Shown here piece by piece: positions 1 to 43,871 of a DNA stretch of 64,000 nt. Source of the stretch: Octopus sinensis (Eukaryota); contig NC_042999.1 in NCBI RefSeq assembly GCF_006345805.1, positions 27,652,001-27,716,000 of the forward strand. Reading direction: 5' to 3'. The position numbers and the translations under genes are program-made. The notes under the pieces are model-generated. The model was not told the origin of the DNA. It saw only the letters and a list, made by a program, of their open reading frames with translations, and made no database searches. Position 1 is the first letter of the stretch, and the number at the start of each line of letters is the position of its first letter.

Positions 1-331
1 CTTGAGTACAGCAAGGTACTGAATATTTCAGTCCTTTGTCATCTTCTCTGAAACGTTCATTGTCCTGGGAGTCATCCTTCAGGACCTCATCTCATGTCTT
101 CCTTGGTCTCCCTCTTCCACGAGTTTCATCCACTTTGAGAGATTGGCACTTCTTTATGGAGTTGTCGCCATCCATCGGCATCAGATGACCAAACCAGCAC
201 AGTTTTCTCTCTTGCACACTGCCTCTTATTCTTTTTATGCCTAACTTCTCTCTCATTACACTAGCACTCTGTTGTACATGTACACATACATTACACTTTA
301 ACAATATGAACCAATGTAAGAATCTCTGCAC
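1..331 (-). mobile_element. RTE-clade LINE 3' ORF remnant
   Basis: REKLGI...ERKLCWFGHL...RGRGRPRKT. Confidence 0.7.
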
Positions 332-3300
332 AGTCGCTTAGCTAGAAATAGAAGCTAAATTTCCACTAATTATGCTCTACCATATTAAAAAAGGACAGAT
401 TAGATAACATAGTTCTAGGTAAAATAGAAAAACAAATGGGATCTTTAAGCATAGGTCTGCTGGGTCAGGGTTGACCCAGTGTTAAAGGACAAAGAGTAGT
501 TCCTGGCTCATAAGGGCCAGTTTCTTGGCATATAAGTTCCCCACCTGGACGGGACGCCGGTCCATCGCAGGTGAACTGCAAGATGCAGGAGGAAAGAGTG
601 AGAGAAAGTTGTGGCAAAAGAATCAACAGAAGTTCGCCATTACCTTCTGCCGGAGCCACTTGGAGCTTAGGTGTTTCGCTCATAAACACACACATCGCCT
701 GGTCTGAGATTCGAACCCGTGATCCCTCGACTGCGAGTCCGCTGCTCTAACCACTAGGCCATCTGCCTCCACACACAGAGTAGTGATTGATTATTATTTT
801 AGATTAACTAAAATAATAAAGCAGATTACAACATATCCACAGTGGTGTCAATATTTTAGCTCATATGTGTAGGCATAGATGTAGGGTAAGAAGTTTGCTA
901 CTCAGCCACATGATTTCAGGTTCAGTTCTACTGTGTGGTCCCTTGGGTGGGTGTCTTCTACTACTGCCTTGGGATGAATAAAGCCTTGTGAGTGGATTTG
1001 GTAAATGGAAACTGAAAGAAGACTGTTGTATATGAACTTATCTATGTGTGTGCATGTCTTTGTGTCTGTGCTTGATCCTCACCCCCATTTGACAACTGGT
1101 GCTGATATGTTTATGTTCCTGTAATCTAGCAGTTCAGCAAAAAGGACTGATAGAATAAGTTACAAACTTAAAAAGCAAAATAAGTATTGGGATTGATTTA
1201 TTCGACTAAAAATTCTTCAAAGGCCGGGACCAGCAATGCTGCCGTCTAACGACTGAAACAAGTAAAAGATGTATGTAAACATAAGTGTATGTATGTATAT
1301 GTATGTGTGTGTGTGTGTATGTGTGTGCATGGAAATGTGATACTGTCTCTTTGCCTTGACAATCTCAATTCCCTTCATTTCCAAACATCCATAAAAAAAT
1401 ATTTCTGGTCATGGGGAAATATTATCTTGCCTGGAAACAGGTGAAGGTTGGTGGCAGAAAGGACATCTCCAGCTAAAAAAAATACACCTCAACAAAACTC
1501 TGTCTGATCCATGCGAGCGTGGAAAAGCGGACAAGGAAACCAATGATGATGATGATGATAAATAATTCATAATAAACAGACTGCATCTTTAACAATTGCT
1601 TTTAGGCCATTGAATTATAAATATTACTAATCTACAATTCATGATGTGTCTTTGTGTGTTATAGAAAACTATAGAACAAAATCAAAAAGATAATCAAAAT
1701 CTTTGAAATAATGGAACAAGTTTGAATGCTATGCTTTAATCCTTTAGTATTTTGTTATATCGCTAAACTACACAGTGGCTGTGTGAGCTACGAAATCCTT
1801 GCTGCCACTGTTATATATATGTATATGTATGGATGTATGTGCGTGTGTATACATACATACATATATATATATATGGCTGGCTTCCGTGCCGGTGGCACGT
1901 TAAAAGCACCTACCAATCGTGGCCAATGCCAGACCCCCCTGGCACCTGTGCAGGTGGCACGTAAAAAGCACCCACTACACTCGCGGAGTGGTTGGCGTTA
2001 GGAAGGGCATCCAGCTGTGGAAACACTGCCAGATCAGACTGGAGCCTGGTGCAGCCCTGGCTTCCCAGACCCCGGTCGAACCGTCCAACCCGTGCTAGCG
2101 CAGAAAACGGACGTTTAAACGATGATGATGATGAATATATATATATGCAAGCATGACTATGTGGTAAGAAACTTGCTTCCCACCACATAGTTCCAGGTTC
2201 AATTCCACTGTGTGGCAGCTTGGGCAAGTGTCTTCTGCTATAGCCTTGGGATGAATAAAGCCTTGTGAGTGGATTTGGTAGATGGAAACTGAAAGAAGAC
2301 TGTTCGGATTATCTCTACTCAGCTTCTCGACATCTAGACTTCTCCTTCTATATCTCTCTCTCTTACTCTTACTCTTACTCTTTTATTTCAGTCATTTGAC
2401 TGTAGCCATGCTGGAGCACCGCCTTTTAGTCGAGCAACTCGACCCCGGGACTTACTCTTTTGTAAGCCCAGTACTTATTCTATCGGTCTCTTTTGCCAAA
2501 CCGCTAAGTGACGGGGACATAAACACATCAGCATCGGTTGTCAAACGGTGTTGGGGGGGGGGGACAAACACAGGCACACAAACACACACACGCATATATA
2601 TGTATATATATATATATATATATACATATATACGATGGGCTTCTTTCAGTTTCCGTCTACCGAATCCACTCACAAGGCTTTGGTCGGCCCGAGGCTATAG
2701 TAGAAGACACTTGCCCAAGGTGCCACATAGTGGGACTGAACCCAGAACCATGTGGTTCGTAAACAAGCTACTTACCACACAGCCACTCCTTATGTATTGG
2801 GCTAGCCTACTTCATCGTCTGGGGGCATTAACAAAACACATTTAAACTGGCATATCCAGACGAAATGTTCTTCCTGTGTCATGTTCAAACCTGCCAGGTC
2901 TAGCTCCTCACATCTTCCTTACAATGTCATTCTAAAAGTAAGCACTCACATGATCGAAATCTCAAAGCTTACAAGCAAGATTAATTTGAAACAATGTGAA
3001 TAAATATGCATTAAATTTGATGGAGTAATCTGAATGCTAAAGAGTTAAACTAACTTAATTATGGGATGAAATCAAAGATATAATAAAAAATCTCTAACAT
3101 AATGATACAGTGCTATGAAAAATCTAGAGATCTATGCATCAAAATAAATTTAAGAATAGTTGTAAAATGTGGAATTCTGACAAGTCTTGCTTGTACAAAA
3201 TAAATCAAATTACATGTTCAACAGGTGCACTGTATTTTACTTTATTGAATAATAAACAGTAAATCAGGTTACTACATGTCCAGCATGTGCTTGCTCATTT

Positions 3301-4044
3301 GATTTTAGGACCACGTAAACTATGAAAGGTAGAAGCACGTGGCTTAGTGGTTAGGGTGTTAGCACCATGATCGTAAGATTGTGGTTTTGATTCCTGGACT
3401 GGGCGACTTGTTGTGTTCTTGAGCAAAACACTTCATTTCACGTTGCTCCAGTCCACTCAGCTGGCAAAAATGAGTAATGCTGCGATGGACTGGCGTGCCA
3501 TCCAGCTTGGGAACACATACGCCATAGAAACCAGGAAACCGGGCTCATGAGCCTGGCTAGGCTTTAAAAAGGGCGCAGTTGGTGGAGGTGCAAAGGCCCA
3601 GTGGTTAGGGCAGCGGACTAGCGGTTGGAGGATCGCGGTTTTGATTCCTAGACCGTGCATTGTGTTTGTTTATTGAGCGAAAACATCTAAAAGCTCCACG
3701 AGGCTCTGACAGGGGGTAGTGGTGACCCCTGTTGTACTCTTTCACCACAACTTTCTCTCACTCTCTCTTCCTGTTTCTTGAGTAATGCTGCGATGGACTG
3801 GCATTCTGTCCAGCTGGGTGGGCGGGGAACACATACACCGCAGAAACCTGGAAACCGGGCCCATGAGCCTGGCTAGGCTTAAAAAGGGTGAAATAGATAA
3901 TAATAAACTATGAAAGAACTTTATATCTACTTTTACAATCCTCAAACCAACTGAAGCATTACAAACTTTTGTTCACTCTGTTTATATAATATTAAGTAAT
4001 GTTTTCTACCTGTTTTTTTTTTTTCTTTTTAAATTATTGAGCAG

Positions 4045-33300
<29,256 letters not shown>

Positions 33301-33375
33301 AATCTAATTTATTAGATTTTAATCTATTATTTATATATTTATTTGTTTCTATTTTATACACTTTTCTTTTCTATC

Positions 33376-33381
33376 AATAAA
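33376..33381 (+). promoter_or_regulatory. Candidate polyadenylation signal of KATNAL2
   Basis: AATAAA 75 nt after the stop codon; AT-rich context makes a chance match possible. Confidence 0.4.
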
Positions 33382-33635
33382 ATGTTTAAAAAGCTGTGTG
33401 AAGAAATTTGCATTATTAAGTAGATATATGTATGTATGCGTGAATGAATGTATGTATGTATGTATGTATGTATGTATGTATGTATGTATGTATGTATGTA
33501 TGTATGTATGTATGTATGTATGTGTTTGTGGTCTATGTAGTTGGGGAGCAAAATTCATACCACACTGCCATGCCTGGGCATATGTATGTTTGGTTCTAGG
33601 TTCAATCCCACTGCATGACACTTTTGGCAAGTGTC

Positions 33636-34490
33636 TTCACCCCTCCCTTTTCCCTTAATATAAAAACTAATATTGGTAAAAGATTCCGGTCTCTTCTAGA
33701 CAAACATTTTCCAAGTACTCACAGATACAGGAAAATATTTAATAAGTGTTCTGTGAAACTATCCTATAGCTGCTGCCCCAATATGAAGAGAATCATTACA
33801 CACTGTCAATATCAAGAGCCTCAGTCCAGTTGAAACTATCGTGATCAAGGATCCTGTCCATTGACCAATGATGTATGATTAAATTTATAATATATGAAGT
33901 TATTACGGAGATGTACTTGCATAGCGAGTGACTTGATCTGAGATCGTGTGTTGGAACGAAAACAATTGCAGCATGGAAGGTGTTTATAAGCCATTTAAGA
34001 AACACACAAAACTGTTAGATTCACTTCAACATTTAAATTTAATTTGTCAAATTATTTTCGTCGCTTTGAGACCGCGACCTGTTCACTGACAAAGCTTTGT
34101 ACTGCATCTGTGTATGAAGTTATTTCAATCCTAAAAAATATTAATACAACTGATAAGAAGACCTATATTGGATTATGTGAAGGAGAATTTAAAAATCACC
34201 ATGTCAATCACATAGCCTCCTTCTGGCATAGGGACAAAAGTAAAGCTACTACATTGGCTAGCTACTTATGGCGTTTGAAAGATAACAAAACAGCGCATGG
34301 AAAGTAATTGGAAATCCATACTGTATGTGAATGGATTGAACAAATGTAGGCTTTACTTGGCTGAAAGAGCACAGATCCTGTTCAGATCTAAGACAACTAA
34401 CTTTCTATTGAACTCCAGGTCAGAAATCTTCAGTGGTCGCATGCATATTTATAAATATATTTTCAAGAATTGGAAAATTTCGCCTATTCC
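33636..34490 (+). mobile_element. Degenerate Penelope-like element (RT C-terminal region + GIY-YIG), interrupted at about 33875-34065
   Basis: FTPPFSLNIKTNIGKRF...KIFNKCSVKLSYSCCPNM; KTYIGLCEGEFK..HIASF...TTLASYLWRLK; KCRLYLAE...LLNSRSE. Confidence 0.8.
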
Positions 34491-35916
34491 TGACTGGCTT
34501 GATATCTTTCCAGCCTTATCATTTGTCTAAGGAAGATAGCTCTTTTACCTTATTCAGTTTTGTTTTTTTTACATTTTAGTTTTGGGTTTTACTTTTTACG
34601 TTTTCCATTGTTTACTTTCTGCGTTTTCTATATGCTGCCTCTTCAGTTTTTTTTCGCATTTCTTCTATTATTCAATTTTTTTTTCTTTAGTTGGTTATTA
34701 TATGTGGTTTGTGCCTGAAGAATATGTTTGAATTTTCCCATCATATGAAATTATTGGTAGCACTTTTAATACATGTATTGGGAGAAGTGTTGCATCACTG
34801 TCATAACTACCACATGCTAGTATGGGACAACATTTTAGAGTCATCATCATCACCACCATCATCATCATCATTGTTTAACATCCGCTTTCCATGCTAGCAT
34901 GGGTTGGACGACTTTGACTGAGGGCTGGCGAGCCAGATGGCTGCACCAGGCTCCAATCTTGATCTGGCAGAGTTTCTACAGCTGGATGCCCTTCCTAACA
35001 CCAACCACTCCGAGAGTATAGTGGGTGCTTCTTACATGCCACTGGCACAGGGTCCAGTCAGGCGGTACTGGCAATGACCTCGCTCGAATCTTTTTACACA
35101 TGCCACTGGTACAGGTGCCAGTGAAGCGACGTTGGTAACGATCACGCTTGGATGGTGCCCTTGTACATGCCATGGGTACGGAAGACAGTTGGCTGCTCTG
35201 GCAATGATCATGCTTGGATGGTGCTCTTGGCACCCTACTAGCATAGGCATAAGTGCCAGTAAGGCGACGCTGGTAACGATCATACTTGAATAGCCGCTCT
35301 GTCAACGATCACACTCGTATAGTGCTCTTCGCGCCCCGCTAGCACAGATGCCAAAGTAAGAAATACGTCAATTAGAATGATATTGCTGTTGCTGCTGCTC
35401 TTATTTAGACCATGATCTTTATTGATAATAGAGTTTTATAATCAAACATATTCCTTCTGTGACCATTACATATTTTAGAATACTTAAAGCCACATAAAGG
35501 CGACGAGCTGGCAGAATAGTTAGCATGCAGGGCAAAATAATTAGCAGCATTTCGCCTGTTTTCACATTCTGAGTTCAAATTCCACTGATGTTGACTTTGC
35601 CCTTCATCCTTTCAGGGTTGATAAAATAAGTATCAGTTAAAAACTGGGGTTGATGTAATTGACTTACCCACTCCCTGGAAATTGCTGGCTTTTTGCTGAA
35701 ATTTGAAATCAATATTTAATGCCATATATGTCATTCTTTTCTGGGACAACAATCTTTTTTTATCTTACCAGTTTCAGTCATTATACTGTGGCCATGTTGA
35801 ATCACTGTCCTGAAGTGTCTGGAGAATAAATTAACCCCAGCACTTATTTCTTAAATCTATTAGTCCCTTTCACCAAATTACTTAGTAAGAAAATGTGGTA
35901 TCAAGGAGATTTTAAG

Positions 35917-36150
35917 GTGGCGAGCTGGCAGAAATGTTAGCACGCCGGGCGAAATGCGTAGCCGTATTTCGTCTGCCGTTACGTTCTGAGTTCAAATTCC
36001 GCCGAGGTCGACTTTGCCTCTCATCCTTTCGGGGTCGATAAATTAAGTACTAGTTACGCATTGGGGTCGATGTAATCGACTTAATCCGTTTGTCTGTCCT
36101 TGTTTGTCCTCTCTGTGTTTAGCCCCTTGTGGGTAGTAAAGAAATAGGTA
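35917..36150 (+). mobile_element. SINE family B (GGCGAGCTGGCAG head), representative copy; often carries an internal tandem of about 170 bp
   Basis: Box GAGTTCAAATTCC, central GGGGTCGATAAATTAAGTAC. Other copies at about 4285-4700, 23400-23630, 39985-40452, 41510-41710, 62478-62886. Confidence 0.8.
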
Positions 36151-37463
36151 TCAAGGAGATTTGGCTGCTATTGCTAGTAAAAAAAAAATATAAGATTATA
36201 ATGTGATAACTGTATGTGTTATACACGCACGGGTGTACACACACATATGCACGCACATGCTCATCTTTTTACATATTTGTTTCATGATATTCCTTGTGTG
36301 AAACTGGTGTGGTGTACTATACATCCTTACACCCACTCATACATTCTTTTCCTTGCATCAGCATGCACCTTCAGTTACACTTCACATACACATAGATCCT
36401 CATACTAGTACACACACATATCACTTGTTAGTCAGATATATATTGTGGAGCATTATATTACGCTGCATTGCTCAATTTGTAATGTCTGCCTATAAAATAA
36501 TAACACAAATAAAAATAAAGTTACTAAGTATAATAAAAAGTAAAAGAAATCATTATTATTATTGGCTCCGAAAACATACCTGTGTTTATTTATTTTGTTC
36601 CAGTGCAGGTCCATATTTATAGTATTATCAAATGAAAATTTCTTTGGACGAAATGGATTATAATTACCTGAGGAAAGCCTACCCTCAATAAACGGAGTTA
36701 ACAAAAAGCAGGATTGTTTTTACAGATGTTTGCTTATTTATTCACCTTATTTATTTACATGCATGATATTTTTCACTTTTAATATGTCCACTAAACACAA
36801 ATACAGTACATGGCCCAAAATATTACTACAACAGATTGAGCAGGGGAAAAGCAATGCTAAAATAAAATACGCAACTGGAAGGACAAAGAGAAGAATATGA
36901 ACTTTTAAAAGCGTAAAGGAGTGGCTATGTGGTAAGTAGCTTGCTAACCAACCACATGGTTCCGGGTTCAGTCCCACTGCGTGGCATCTTGGGAAAGTGT
37001 CTTCTGCTATAGCCCCGGGCCGACCAATGCCTTGTGAGTGGATTTGGTAGACGGAAACTGAAAGAAGCCTGTCGTATATATGTATATATATATGTGTGTG
37101 TGTTTGTCCCCCTAGCATTGTCTGACAACCGATGCTGGTGTGTTTACGACCCCATCACAAGAGACCGATAGAATAAGTACTGGGCTTACAAAGACTAAAG
37201 GCGGTGCTCCAGCATGGCCGCAGTCAAATGACTGAAACAAGTAAAAGAGAATATATGAAAAATATTCCAAATAGTCTAACATGTCGTTTTAAAGATATTG
37301 ATAGTAACAACAGCAATGGCAACACCGAGTCCAAGTTTCGAAACTGGTCATATGGTAATTTTGTCACATTTTAGATCAAACAGAAAAAAAAATTTTGTTT
37401 ATTTAATACAGATCCAAAATAAAAGTAGATGAAAAAATTTAAAGACTAAAACAGTATTTCTTT

Positions 37464-37967
37464 GTGACGTACATTTGCCATTTAAATATGGCTAACCCCT
37501 AAGGGTGGATGCTACTGTAGTTTGTAGCCCCAGGAGGACACCTCCTCCAGTTGGCTATAGACACACTTTCTGTGCCCTATCAGTGTTTGCAAAGGGAAGC
37601 CATTCTTCCTGTCTTCAACTTATGATACACACGAACTCGAGTTTCTGGGTATTGACCCGTCATCGGCGTGTGACAATCACAGTTGTTGATGAGAAGTAGG
37701 TGGAAAAAGTATAAGTGTTTGTGAAGGGAACCTACTTCTCATCGACAACTGTGATTGTCACACGCCAGTGACGGGTCAATACCCAGAAACTCGAGTCCGT
37801 GTGTATCATAAGTTGAAGACGGGAAGAATGGCTTCCCTTTGCAAACACTGATTGGGCACAGAAAGTGTGTCTATAGCCAACTGGAGGAGGTGTCCTCCTG
37901 GGGCTACAGACTACAGTAGCATCCACCCTTAGGGGTTAGCCATATTTAAATGGCAAATGTACGTCAC
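37464..37967. repeat. Long near-perfect inverted repeat (238-bp arms, 28-nt spacer)
   Basis: 37464-37701 is the reverse complement of 37730-37967 with a few substitutions. Confidence 0.95.
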
Positions 37968-38414
37968 GATGTGTTGTAGCTACTGTTTATAACTCGCTCT
38001 GAGATTTAGTATTTCTTTGGCTCAGGATCTAATCAGAGAGAGAGAGTATAGAAAAGAATTCAGTGTCTGTACCTTATAAAAGCTGGAACTAGACTGAATT
38101 TACTTTCTTAGACAAAAACTACAACAAACCTTGTGCCAAAACTAGAAAGAATTATTATTATTATTATTATATTATTATTATTATTATTATTATTATCATT
38201 AAGGCCGCTATTTGGCAGGATCATTAGTACGCCGAGCAAATTGCTTAGTGGCATTTCGTCTGTGTTTACGGTCTGAATTCAAATTCCTCCGAGTTCGACT
38301 TTGCGTTTCATCCTTTTGAGATCGATAAATTAAGTACCAGTGGCGTACTGGTTTCGATCTAATCAACTGGTCCCCTCCCCACAAATTTCAGGCCTTGTGC
38401 CTATAGTAGAAAGG

Positions 38415-38453
<39 letters not shown>

Positions 38454-38454
<1 letters not shown>

Positions 38455-38790
38455 TATGTTTGACTTTTGCTTTACATTTGTACAAGTTGGCTCCATTTGT
38501 ACAAGTTGACCTCAAGAGACAACAGGTTGGAAGTTCATGTTGTTGTTATGCCTAGTGTGCCATATATTTGGTTTTATATTTAGTGTTGTACTAGTGAATG
38601 CCTAAAAAAAAGCATACGAAAATTACGTTTGTTTTAAAACTTGAGATTACATCGAAAGTATTTTGCGTAGGATATGAGCAGTTCCCATGAGCACTATCTT
38701 TTGAATTTCTGCCATTTTGGGGTTTCCTGGTATCTGAGTTAGGTAGCAACCAGCCCCTTTTGCTATCATTTCCAGGTCTTGACAGATATA
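38454..38790 (-). mobile_element. Second Dong/R4-like 3' end embedded in (TAA)n
   Basis: Close copy of 31498-31825. Confidence 0.7.
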
Positions 38791-41700
38791 TTATTATCAT
38801 TATTATTATTATTATTATTATTATTTGCTAGAGCATCTGATAAAATGTCATGTGGTATTTAGTGATGGGACTTCATAATGTGGGTTCAAATCCTAAAAAA
38901 AAAAATAGTAAAAAGGTTTGTATAATCTCAAAAGCAAAACTGTTACCTCGTTGAATTATAAGCTCAAAATCTAATAAAACACAATAAAACTTTAAGAGTT
39001 ATAAAAAACTTAACTAAAATTGTGAATGGCTTAATTCACGGAATATCGATAGAGTTTAGTGCTAAATTACCATGTTGGCTAAAATTCTCACTTTAAACTT
39101 TTAATGAATGATTAATTGGCTCATTTAGTTTTAGATTAGACTTTTATTACTTTGAATATTTCATTTAACTTAATTGGATATTCCCCATTATTTTACCGTA
39201 CGCATTGCTATAAAACGAAATAATTTCTCTTATTTTAAACGATATTATTTTTTCAGATTGAACTATACTATGAGAACTGTACAGATTTATTTTTAATATA
39301 ACCGCTACGTATGAGATAAAACCGAGTAATTTCTGTTACATATTTCATTTCATTGAAGGCCTGAAATTTGAGGGAGAAGGACAGTTGATTGATTATATCA
39401 ACCCTAGTACTCAAAAAGTGCTTATTTTATCGACCCCGAAAAGAAAGCAAAGTGGACTTCGGTGAATTTCGATCTTATAATCTGAAGACTGACGAGGCTG
39501 GTCGTTAAATAATACAACTGAAAATTCTTCCATTTCCATAGAACATAAATTTTAAAAATATCGCCAGGGAATAGTCGATAAGCAAATTATTGTTGAGATT
39601 AAACCCAGTTCACAATCATAACTGCGAGTTAATTAATTTCCTGTACCCTCTTGAAAAATCTAAAGTGGTTCGTTTTATTTTACATAAAAAATTATAATTG
39701 AATTAAACAGTCTTGTGGATACTACAGTACAACGCAGGTCCGATCAATGCACTTTTATTATAATTATCGTCCACTTTAAGTCTTTAATACAGGAATGTGA
39801 ATATGCTCTTGACTATATCTTTTAATGGAAAACATACTTTCTGTTACAACAAATGCACTATTTGCTAAGGGGAAAATAAAAAAAAGTTTCATACCACTAG
39901 AGTCGTGGCTCTCCACAAAATTAAAGTGTCTATCTTACATTATATCAGACATTTATTTTTCAGTGTTAGTGCTATGTTAGACATAGCACTAACACTCGGA
40001 ATTTGAACTCAGAACGTAGCGGCAGACGAAATACCTATTTCTTTACTACCCACAAGGGGCTAAACACAGAGCGGTAAACAAGGACAGACAAACGGATTAA
40101 GTCGATTATATCGAACCCAGTGCGTAAATGGTACTTAATTTATCGACCCCAAAAGGATGAAAGGCAAAGTCGACCTCGGCGAAATTTGAACTCAGAACAT
40201 AACGGCAGATGAAATACTTATTTCTTTACTGCCCACAAGGGGCTAAACATAGAGGGGATTAACAAGTACAGACAAAGGTATTAAGTCGATTACATCGACC
40301 CCAATGCGTAACTGGTACTCAATTTATCGACCCCGAAAGGATGAAAGGCAAAGTCGACCTCCGTGAAATTTGAACTCAAAATGAAACGGCAGACGAAATA
40401 CCGCTAAGTATTTCGCCCGACGTGCTAACGATTCTGCCAGCTCGCCGCCTTTAACATCCTGCAATCTCATAGCCACAAAGAGTGAAAAACTTTGCAATTG
40501 TAATGAGTAATGAGGTATAATGCCATATGTATAAAACTAAAATCGTAAAAATGTGCAGATGACATCCAGAGTGGTTCTTGGAAACAGTTAGCATAACTGA
40601 AAAATATATCATACTGATTCTGGGAAGATTCTTCGTTTAAGTTACCTGGATTTAGTACTCTCACCTATAATCACTTCATACAATCAAGCTTACAGTAGAA
40701 ATGAAAGCAGTCCAGAGATCTTACACATAAACTAAGTAAGGATTGCCATTGTGCTTCAGCTAAACTGAAAAGGTTTACTCAACTTGCAAGCATGGCCAAA
40801 GTTCAGTAGCATAACTAGGGGCATGGGGTAGGCCCACTTCGAGTGATGATTTTATGGGGGTGTCACTTTTGGTTTGACGTATATGCCTGTGTGAAAGGTA
40901 GGGTTGGCGGGAAGTAAACACAAGGGCTGTCTGAGTGACACAAACTCTTGTTATACTACTGCTTAAGTTTTCTTTTTGCGGAAGACAGCGTTTGCACATA
41001 CAAGCAACTTACCTCTCTACCCGCCAACAATGGTGTTCCAAGGATAATTTAAAGGTCGGCACACCTCTTAGGTCTCAGGGCTTGACCTTAAAACCTGGAG
41101 AGCAGGAGCAGATACATTTTTCCAATGCTCTAATAGTTTCACTAACCTACCACTCTGGACTGGTACATTTTTTATCAACCACTGAAAGGATGAGTAGAAG
41201 AATGTGACCTAGTGCTTAAGGTGCGGCACTCACGATCGCAAGGTCACGGTTTCAATTTTCGGCCGGGACGGTGCACTGTGCTCCTGAGCAAAACACTTCA
41301 TCTAAATTTGTTCCAGTACTTTAAGATGTAGATTAATAACCCTGCTACGGACTAATCTTTCGTTCAAGGAAAACACTGCGATTTCGGTTGCTTATATGCC
41401 ATACAACCTGGGTAACCGGCTCAATGAGTTTTAGGACCTATTTTTTCGGTCACTTATACGCCATACAACCTGGGTAACCGGCTCAATGAGTTTTAGGACC
41501 TATTTTTTTACTACCCACAAGGGGCTAAACACAGAGCGGACAAACAAGGACAGACAAACGGATTAAGTCGATTATAGCGACCCCAGTGCGTAACTGGTAC
41601 TTAATTTATCGACCCCGAAAAGATGAAAGGCAAAGTACCAAAACGATGAAAGGCAAAGTACCAAAACGATAAAACGCCAAAGTTAACCGCAGTTGAATTT

Positions 41701-42265
41701 GAACTCAGATTGCAGAGATTAGGACAAATATCGCGAGTCGTTCTATTCGACACTCCAACAACTCTAGCAAATACACCCACAAACACACACACACGTGTGT
41801 GTGTGTGTGTGTGTGTCTATGTGTGTTTGTGTATATATGTGTGTTTGTGTATAAATGCGTGTAAGTGTGCGCGCGTGATTGTAAGAGATTTTGTATATCT
41901 TGTGTAGCCACCTTCGAAACATTTGAAGAGGGGAAGTATTTTGTGACAAATAACTTATAAGTAGGAGTATGAATTCTAGAGTGCATAAGTGCAGTTCTAC
42001 GATGTCTGCTGTGTGTAGAGGCAGAAATAAAGTGCAGCAGCGTTTATATTTGTAATACAGTAATAGAGACGCGGGGAGGATTTACAGCACTTGAATGTTT
42101 AATTTGGGATGGGTCCAAAGAACATTTATGTCAGTTTGTCTGTTTCTCTCTCCCACGCTCCCACGCTCCCACGCTCACCCTTACTAATACGCACGTGCAC
42201 ATACACACACACATACACATACACATTCAACATGTATACACACACATGCATATATATACATAATG

Positions 42266-42266
42266 C

Positions 42267-42324
<58 letters not shown>

Positions 42325-42325
42325 G

Positions 42326-42418
<93 letters not shown>

Positions 42419-42445
42419 CTCTATCTATCTATCTATCTATCTATC
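42266..42445. repeat. (CTAT)n microsatellite
   Basis: Direct reading. Confidence 0.95.
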
Positions 42446-42977
42446 TCCTCTCTCCTTCTTCCTTCCCTTTCTCCTTCTCCATTCTATCCTCTATCTCAAT
42501 TCTCTCCCTCTCTCTCCATTCTCTTCCTCTCCATTCTCTCTCCCCCTTTCTATCCCCTCTCCCCCTCTCTCCCCTCCCTCTCTCTATGTATATACACACA
42601 TATAAGCATACAGACATACATGTTCAAACATTGATACACATGCGTACATACATATGCATACACACGCACATTCACAACACACACACACACACATACATGC
42701 ACACAAAAACGCACATACACACACACACATACACACATATGTATGTATATACACACATATCTATATATATATATATATACACATATACAGTATTGTACGA
42801 GATTTACGCACACATTTATATATATGTAATAAATAACGTATTATGTGAACAGAAATACAACAACAAATATATTCTCTACAAACATACACTGTTACCGAAG
42901 TATAAATAAATGCATATGTGTGCACATATATGGGTATATTTATTTATGTATGCGTGTATGTGCAGCTGAATAGAATT

Positions 42978-43016
42978 ATGTACGAAAGGCCCCGGGATCG
43001 ATCCCCGGCATCGCCA
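42978..43016 (+). pseudogene. 3' half of a tRNA-Ala-like sequence
   Basis: GGCCCCGGGATCGATCCCCGGCATCGCCA matches the T-arm and acceptor 3' strand of eukaryotic tRNA-Ala from memory; no 5' half is visible. Confidence 0.45.
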
Positions 43017-43871
43017 GAATATTTTTCATAGGCGCAGGTATGGCTGTGTGGTAAGAAGTTTATTTCCAAACCACATGGTTCCGGGTTCAGTCTCATTGTG
43101 TGGAACTTTGGGTAAGTGTCTTCTACTATAGACTCGGGTCGACCAAAGCCTTGTGAGTGGATTTAGTTGACTGAAACTGAAATAAGCCTGTCATGTATGT
43201 GTATGCGTATGTGTGTGTTTGTGCACATGAATGTGCGCATATATAAATGTATATACACATGTATATACACATGTATATACACATGTATATATATATATAG
43301 AACAAACTCACTTAGAAATGGACGCATGCGTTCTGTCGTATAATAACAAATTAATAAATAAAACATATGCATATATACGTACATATATGTACGTACCTAC
43401 ATCTACATGTATATATATACATGCATATATGGGTACAGGACACCAAAAAAACGTAGAACATGATGAGAAACGAAAACATAAACATAAAACCAAGGAAATG
43501 GACATTTTTCTTAAACAACGAAAAAATAGAGTACAGGATATAGAACACAAGGAAAATTCACCTTCTTCAGTCGCCTCTGTTTCATCTACTCCGCGTTTCG
43601 AAGGTCAAGGCGAGACACGACTTCGGTGAAACATTCCTTCCCGCAAAAAGCAAATTAAATAAAATTTGAGATTTTTTTGCGGAGGGGTAAAAATGGTAGC
43701 AAAAACAGGACAGTAAAGACAATCAAACGCTCCACTTCAATGTCTGCTTCGAGCGTCCTCGCTTCCTTTTCCTCTGCGGGTTCCAGTCAAGTGCTTGTCG
43801 TGTCATATTTGAGGGTTCTTCCCTCAGTGTGTGTCCGATCCATCACCATTTCCTTCGTCTAGTTTGAGTAT

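Noticed and set aside
37690-37850. GATGA/TGAAGA followed by a stem and CAAAC inside the palindrome
   Set aside because: Lacks GAAA, helix III and helix I; not supportable as a ribozyme.
43560-43620. GAAACGCG...CTGAAGA on the minus strand (and CTGATGA at about 46787-46793) as a permuted hammerhead
   Set aside because: Helices I and II could not be paired convincingly.
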